Shown here: piece after piece, positions 58,301 to 64,000 of the stretch
How positions within the stretch are numbered: the stretch's first letter is position 1
How the letters are laid out: every line of letters begins with the position of its first letter
Source: Podarcis tiliguerta
Taxonomy: Eukaryota
Length of the DNA stretch: 64,000 nucleotides
Strand: one strand, 5' to 3'
Assembly: GCA_965153285.1 (NCBI GenBank)
Contig: OZ229123.1
Notes under the pieces: model-generated
Seen by the model: only the letters and a program-made list of their open reading frames with translations
What the model was told of the DNA's origin: nothing
The model's database searches: none
Translations under genes and position numbers: made by a program

Positions 58301-59948
58301 GACATCTGTGAATTTCCAGGCATCACACCTAAGCCTCCCTCAAACCCATCCAGTAATTACCCAAAACTACTAGAGCAATATTGCCATGCTTTCCCCCACC
58401 CGCTGCCCACAATGAGAAAACTTGTCCTAGCAAGCAGTCTCAGGGCTAGAAGAAAATCCAGCCATCGCCTTCCCCACATCCTGCCTCAGGAAACTTGCCG
58501 GGGTTGTTACTGCTGTAGTATCTTGCTGCCTCTGGCAAAGCTTTTGTAATTTGTGCTGTACAAATTCTTCCAAAGAAGTGAACTCAGACTGGCACCGACC
58601 ACACTTGTGTCTGTCATCTTCATCTAAAATTCAAAGGATAAGAAAACTGTCACCATCTTCAGATGGAATAACAAGACTATTTAAAGACAAAGCATTCAGA
58701 CCAGCTGGTTTCTAGCTTATATTGGTCATTATATGACAGGAAGGAAGTTGTACAAATTGCTACCTAAGCATTAATAGGATATCTTGAGAACACACCTTGA
58801 CATAAAAGCATCCAGTAAATATGAAAAACAAGCTGAGAAGAATTTAACATTGATTTTGCAATGCTTAATAAGGGTCAAGTGCAGAAAGGGGCAGAGCTCC
58901 TGCAGCCTAAAAAGCTGTGTAGAAGAGAATTTCAATACAGCAGCTTGCACAAGTTACACTGCTGAAATCGCCATTCCCAGCACTTCCACTGTCCTCTCTT
59001 AAATGTGACCATGAAATACATGCTTTCTCAGAGAAAAGATGTAGGCAGGAGCTATTTTACAACTGAGCAACTCTGGCTAAGAAACAAGTCTATCATGTTT
59101 CTTTCCTGACTCTGGCACATTAGCAGAAGCAGTGTTCCTGATCATTCTCATCCAGGCCGCGGTTTAAAAGAACAGGTGTTGGGTTACATTAAAAAGAAGT
59201 GAAACTTCAGGGATATAAACTCTGAAAGCTCAGTGCGGCTTTCGCAGACCTGCCACCTTCCAGACGTCTTGGCATAGATGTCAATGTTTCCCTTTTTTTA
59301 AGGGAAATTCCCTTATTCTGAATAGGATTCCTCGCAAGTAAGGGGAAAAGTTGACAGCTATGTGTCTTGGGCTACAACTCCCATCAACCTCAAGCATGGC
59401 CACGTTGACTGAGGCTCATGAGAGTAGTAGTTCTGAGAGTTGTAGAGGCTGGAAGCGAGGAACCCGACAGGAGGCTGCGTGGCACCCTTTTCCCGAGGCT
59501 CAACCAACTTTTTGCCTGCAAGTGAGTCCCACGCTTGCCATTTCTCGCTCCAAAGCAGGAGGGGCGCAGGCGCGACACCGTAATTCTCAGAAGAGGGAGG
59601 CCTCCACTCTCCCATCGTATTGGACCTTCACCTTTATTCGGTGGCTTAAGGAGCTGCTGCATCGACAAGTCCAAGAGTGGGCTGCGCAAAGAGCTGAGGG
59701 GACCACAGGCACCCCTTCCTCCTCAGGAGGAACATTACTTTACAGAGAGTAAGAGACCCCTCCCCTCCCCCCCATCCCTGCCTGCCTGCCAAGCCGGTAC
59801 CTTCTTCACCGAAAGGCGCCGGGAGACTGAGGAAGGCGGCGGGCCCCTGGTTCGCGCCGGAGACCGCCTCAGCCGCACACTCCTGTCCCCGTGGCCCAAC
59901 TGCCGTAAGCCCCGCCGGCCCAGCGCTCGTTGCCATCGCGGCCTCCAT
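49343..59948 (-). CDS. E4F1: Transcription factor E4F1 (C2H2 zinc-finger protein, 786 aa)
   Basis: 14 exons: 59948-59801, 58623-58478, 57907-57811, 57089-56884, 56080-55960, 55613-55461, 54974-54808, 54087-53860, 53610-53511, 52979-52762, 52207-52009, 51513-51353, 50990-50928, 49696-49343. Phases are consistent, 2361 nt in total. Diagnostic peptides include FLSLPAPFGEE, VKLLVNKEGRYVCELCHKTFK, HSDERPYPCPKCGKRYKTK and C-terminal VQTVIV. An in-frame ATG also lies 21 nt upstream (59969). Confidence 0.96.
50029..50371 (-). mobile_element. Sauria SINE, full length, in E4F1 last intron
   Basis: Same family, with a perfect 14-bp TSD CAAAGGAATATATA (50015-50028 / 50372-50385). Confidence 0.92.
56209..56433. 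mobile_element. Tc1/mariner-type MITE, family C
   Basis: TIR CAGT(T/C)GTACCTCGGAAGTCAAACG at both ends. Confidence 0.8.
56513..56754. mobile_element. Tc1/mariner-type MITE, family A
   Basis: TA-flanked, in E4F1 intron 4. Confidence 0.88.
57190..57800 (-). mobile_element. Old CR1 LINE fragment in E4F1 intron 3
   Basis: VAKFPDETKL...MRFNV resembles the CR1 RT 'KFADDTKL' region. Confidence 0.6.
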
Positions 59949-60481
59949 GTCGCAAGGCGCCGCAACCATCAAGATGGCGGCTTTACGGCCGTGTCGTCAT
60001 AACAACGAGCCCGGCGCCGCCACGGGGCGGGGCCGCAGAGCCCGAACTTTTGCCAATTGAGGCGAGGCTCGGGGTTTCCTCTCCTCAGCTCACCTGAAGT
60101 GGGCAGAGCCGCCACGGCGCCGCAGCCAATGAGGAGCAAGGGCGGAAAGGCTCTATTTCGGCTAGGCCAATGGGAACCTGGCAAATGCGGACGAAGCCCG
60201 AGCAAACGAAGCGAGGAGACGGCGTCTCACCCAATAGCAAAGTGGCTTCGCTTCATCTCGGCCAATAAGCAGCTACGGCGGGCGGGGCTCAGGCAGGGGT
60301 CTAAAGGCTGCGGTCACCTCACTCTCTCCCTCAAGGCGCAAGATGAGGCGGAGCCTGAAAAGCCGGCCCCGCCCAATCAGCGCCAGCTCGCGCCGCCTCC
60401 CAACCAATCGACGTCGAGCAGAAGTCGTGAGAAGAAAGCAGCGCCGGTTTCTCTCAGTCCGTCCATCTGAGCAGGTCCGCG
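59949..60481. promoter_or_regulatory. Bidirectional CpG-island promoter shared by E4F1 and PGP
   Basis: Start codons are 534 bp apart and divergent, within a CpG-rich region (~59780-61230). YY1 consensus CAAGATGGCGGC at 59970-59981, GC boxes (e.g. 60024-60033) and seven CCAAT boxes. Confidence 0.85.
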
Positions 60482-63053
60482 ATGGCGAAGCGGTGCGAAC
60501 GGCTGGGAACATCGGCCGCGGCGCGGTCGGCGCTACGGGACGCGGAGGCGGTGCTGTTCGACTGCGACGGGGTGCTGTGGCGGGGCGAGGCGGCGATTCC
60601 CGGGGCGGCGGAGGTGCTGGGCCGCCTGGCGGGCGCCGGGAAGCAGCTGTGCTACGTGACCAATAACTCTTCGCGCACGCGCCAGGCCTACGTGGAGAAG
60701 TTACAGCGCCTGGGCTTCCCGCCGGCCGAGACGCGGCAGGTCTTCGGCTCCGCCTACTGCGCCGCGCGCTACTTGAGCCACGCCCTTCCTGCGGGAGGCG
60801 CCGCCTACGTGTTGGGCGGGGCCGCCCTCAGCGCCGAGCTGGAGGCGGTGGGCGTGGCGCACCTGGGCACGGGCCCCGCCCCCGAGCCGGGGTCCGCCAA
60901 CTTTGGCTCCCGCGCCCCGCTCGATCCTTCTGTGCGGGCGGTGCTGGTGGGCTACGACGAGCACTTCAGCTACGGCAAGCTCTGCCTGGCCCTGCGCTAC
61001 CTGATGCGCGACGGGTGTCTCCTGGTGGGCACCAACCGGGACAACCGTCTGCCGCTCGAGGGAGGGAGCGCTGTCCCCGGTGCGTACACGCGTGTTATTG
61101 TGTATGTGTGCGCGCTCCCGCGCGCTTAAGTGCGTCAGACCGCATTTGAGCTCCAGCTGAGCGCGACCGTCCGGAAGGGCACAGGTGGTTGAGCGAGCAT
61201 AGGACGTGACGGAGGACACGTTCACACGCTCACATTTAAAGCGCTACAATATCACTTGAACAGCCATAGTTTTCCCTAAAGAAAGCTGGGAGTTGTGGTT
61301 TAAAGGTGCCGAGAGTTGTCAGTAGACCTCTAGTTGCCTCAGTTCACAGTGTAGTGTGACAATCAGTCCCTCTTCCCAGGGAGCTCTGGGAATTGTAGCT
61401 ATGTGAAGCGAATGGTGGTCTAGCAATGCTCAGCATCCTTAACGATCTGTGGCTACCATAAGTCTTTGGGCAAAGCCACAACTAGTTTAAAGTGGTGTAC
61501 TGCTTTAAATGTATGGTGTGAATGTGGCCTGTGTCTGGCTACCATCTGAGTGCATGCAGTCTCCCTTGCCTTTCCCCTGCAGGAATGCTGCTTTTTAATG
61601 TTTTAATGTTTAGTTATCCTTCTAGCTTACCGTGTATTGGAAGCAATTTTTGAAATCCAGCCCAATTTTTATCATCACTACCCTGTTGAGATAGATTACG
61701 CAGTCCAAAATCACTCAGTGAGCTTCATAGAGAGCTTCATCTGAGGTCAAGACTAACCCTCATCCCAAGCTTCCTTTAGCCCATTTGTTCTGTCCTGTAA
61801 GCCCTCATTAGTATGGCTAAGTGTGAAGAATGATGGGAGCTGTAATAGGAACAGAGAATGCTCCCTTATACTTAAATCATTAGCCTCTCTAGTTCGGGAC
61901 CTGCTACATTGACTGGTAACTGCTTTCCATGATCAGTACTTTTATGGTATGTGGGCTGCACGCTGCAACAACCTTTATTGGTAGTGGGTGAACACACATG
62001 AAAGAGAGGGAGGAGGCCTAAAATGAAGAGAAAGTTCTGATTGGGTGCAGACAGGTGGAGGCCTTTCTGATGAGGAGGACCTTGCTAGGACCACCACACT
62101 AGCTGCTTCCTGATATGTGGGCAGATGTTTTCATTTTAAAAAGTTTAATGTCTTTTATCTGGGTGAATAGTTGCTTCAGGGGGGAAAATGCCCTCTGCTC
62201 TAGAACCTCAACCCCTTAAAGGTAGCCTCACAGTTGTTTTGCTCTCAATTTGGTCTCTTCCCAACTCTTTTCAGCATTTGTCACACACCATGGTATGACA
62301 ATCCTATGTCAGTCTTTAGCTGTGGGGGTTGTCCAGTGGGATGTACTGACTAGTGGTTGTTGTGGAGTACCAGCAGCTACTTTAAAATGGTGCAGAGATT
62401 AGGATAGACATGTGGACTGGGGGTGGGTGGGATCATTTGCGAGGCTTGGCAGATTTGACCTGAAAGATTGCCTTTAACATTTCTGAGGAACAGGACTTTA
62501 GATTGTTCAGCCAATGTGGGAGTGATACTGTTTTCTGTATGATTCCCTGCTTGGGTATTGCTCCGCGCATGATTTGTGTTTGCCTTCTTTAGTAGTACAA
62601 CATAGCTGAGTTCTCACAGCTGGCTTCCCCCACTGACAGGCTTTATAGACTACTGAGATAAGTTTGGGGTTTGCACTTGTTCCTCAGTGCTGTATCTGGC
62701 TCACAATTGCTTTGCTTCTCTTTTTAGGAACTGGCTGCCTTGTCAAAGCAGTGGAGACGGCAGCAGAGCGTGAAGCATTCATCATCGGCAAGCCCAACCG
62801 CTACATCTTTGAGTGTGTGGGCAAGGAGTTCAACATCGATCCAGCTCGCACCATCATGGTCGGCGACCGCTTGGACACAGACATCCTCATGGGCAACAAC
62901 TGCGGCTTGACAACTCTTCTGACCCTCACAGGGGTCTCCACCCTAGAAGAAGTAAAAGGTCACTTAGAGAGTGACTGTCCTGAGCGGAGAAAGCTAGTCC
63001 CCGATTACTATGTTGATAGCATAGCCGACCTTCTCCCCACCCTCCAGGATTAA
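60482..63053 (+). CDS. PGP: Glycerol-3-phosphate / phosphoglycolate phosphatase (HAD family, 307 aa)
   Basis: Two exons, 60482-61079 and 62728-63053, joined in phase 1. HAD motifs [15 protein letters not shown] and GDRLDTDI are present. The C-terminus [18 protein letters not shown] is PGP-like, and the gene is head-to-head with E4F1 as in mammals. Confidence 0.95.
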
Positions 63054-64000
63054 AAAAGGGAAGTTTTCCAGCTTTTAAAATGTATCTTCTCCCCATCCCC
63101 TGCACCCTCAGTGGCTCGAGGCTGGTAGTAACCCTCAGTTACTGCAATGCACATGATTGCTGCTTGTAACTTCAGAGACTTTTAGTGTGTAACTTAGAAT
63201 TCAAGGTCTCTGTTTACAAATTCCTTTAAAATGCACTTTGGAACAAAGAGGGAAGTGTGTTGTGTTGGTTAGCTTTCAGATGTTGTGAAGCATTAGGTAT
63301 GTCTTAAACAACCGCAGTGTTAATGGCATCAGGGTAGAGTCTTGCTCAGCTGGGTTAAAGGGATTGGGCAGGCTTCTCTTAAAACTTTTCACTGTGGTTC
63401 TTTGTGGAAACTATATCCACGTCTGTGGGAAATTCAGGGAAATGAGCAGTAGGAGGGCAATTGCTCTTTTCTGACCTGTAGAACTTGACTTTAAGCTTGG
63501 CTTTGATGCTTACTCAGGTCCCGGTTTTAGGCAGCCTGCTTCAGATGTGATTTCAGGAAATAGAAAATCACTTGTGTGTTCAATAATTTTGTTGTTGCGC
63601 CTTTCCACACAGCCATTTGCACTTGCTTCAATATGCAAAACACGAAAGATGCTGTCGTGTTTCATGTATTCCTCTAAGATAGTAGGGGTGTGTGTGTATG
63701 TGTGTATAAATATAAATATATATATAGTGATGTGAAGAACAGATATCTATTTTAAAAGTGAATTATAATATATCAAAAATAGAATTTATTGTTCAGGAGA
63801 AATATCAATAGATTTCCAAAAGATCTTGCTTGTGTTCTTCAGTACATACCACAGCAATACCTGCACAGTCTGCAAGGTGAAGTACCATTTTAAGTAAGGA
63901 TCATTTGAGGATTCCCAAATTGTGCTAATGGTTGAATTACACATGCAAAGTTACAAAAATGGCACAGTCACATGAAGGTCTTCCTATAAGTTGTAGTAGT

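Noticed and set aside
60482-63053. Possible assignment as PDXP/chronophin
   Set aside because: The C-terminal sequence and head-to-head linkage with E4F1 favour PGP.

Overview
Vertebrate genomic DNA, almost certainly from a squamate reptile and probably a lacertid lizard, judged from Sauria SINEs, a BovB-like tail, CR1/L2 fragments and many hAT and Tc1/mariner MITEs. Four spliced genes were reconstructed by hand with phase-consistent GT-AG junctions. GRID2IP/Delphilin (minus strand) is present as its 5' half only: 7 coding exons, continuing off the left edge. ZDHHC4 (plus) has 6 coding exons and 339 aa, E4F1 (minus) 14 exons and 786 aa, and PGP (plus) 2 exons and 307 aa. E4F1 and PGP share a CpG-island bidirectional promoter, and ZDHHC4 and E4F1 converge tail-to-tail. 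The most notable observations are: an apparently intact extra PDZ domain in Delphilin's first coding exon; short alternative first exons inside the GRID2IP 15-kb intron, including the palmitoylatable MSCLG micro-exon and a candidate MVVTPLRQSHLRCKERLR exon; a palmitoyltransferase gene next door; probable 3'-end overlap of ZDHHC4 and E4F1; a junction between human 7p22 and 16p13 gene blocks; seven same-strand CCAAT boxes; and a decayed Penelope GIY-YIG fossil. No wholly new multi-gene system is evident. Orthologue comparisons rely on recalled sequences and need database confirmation. There is one assembly gap (33255-33401).
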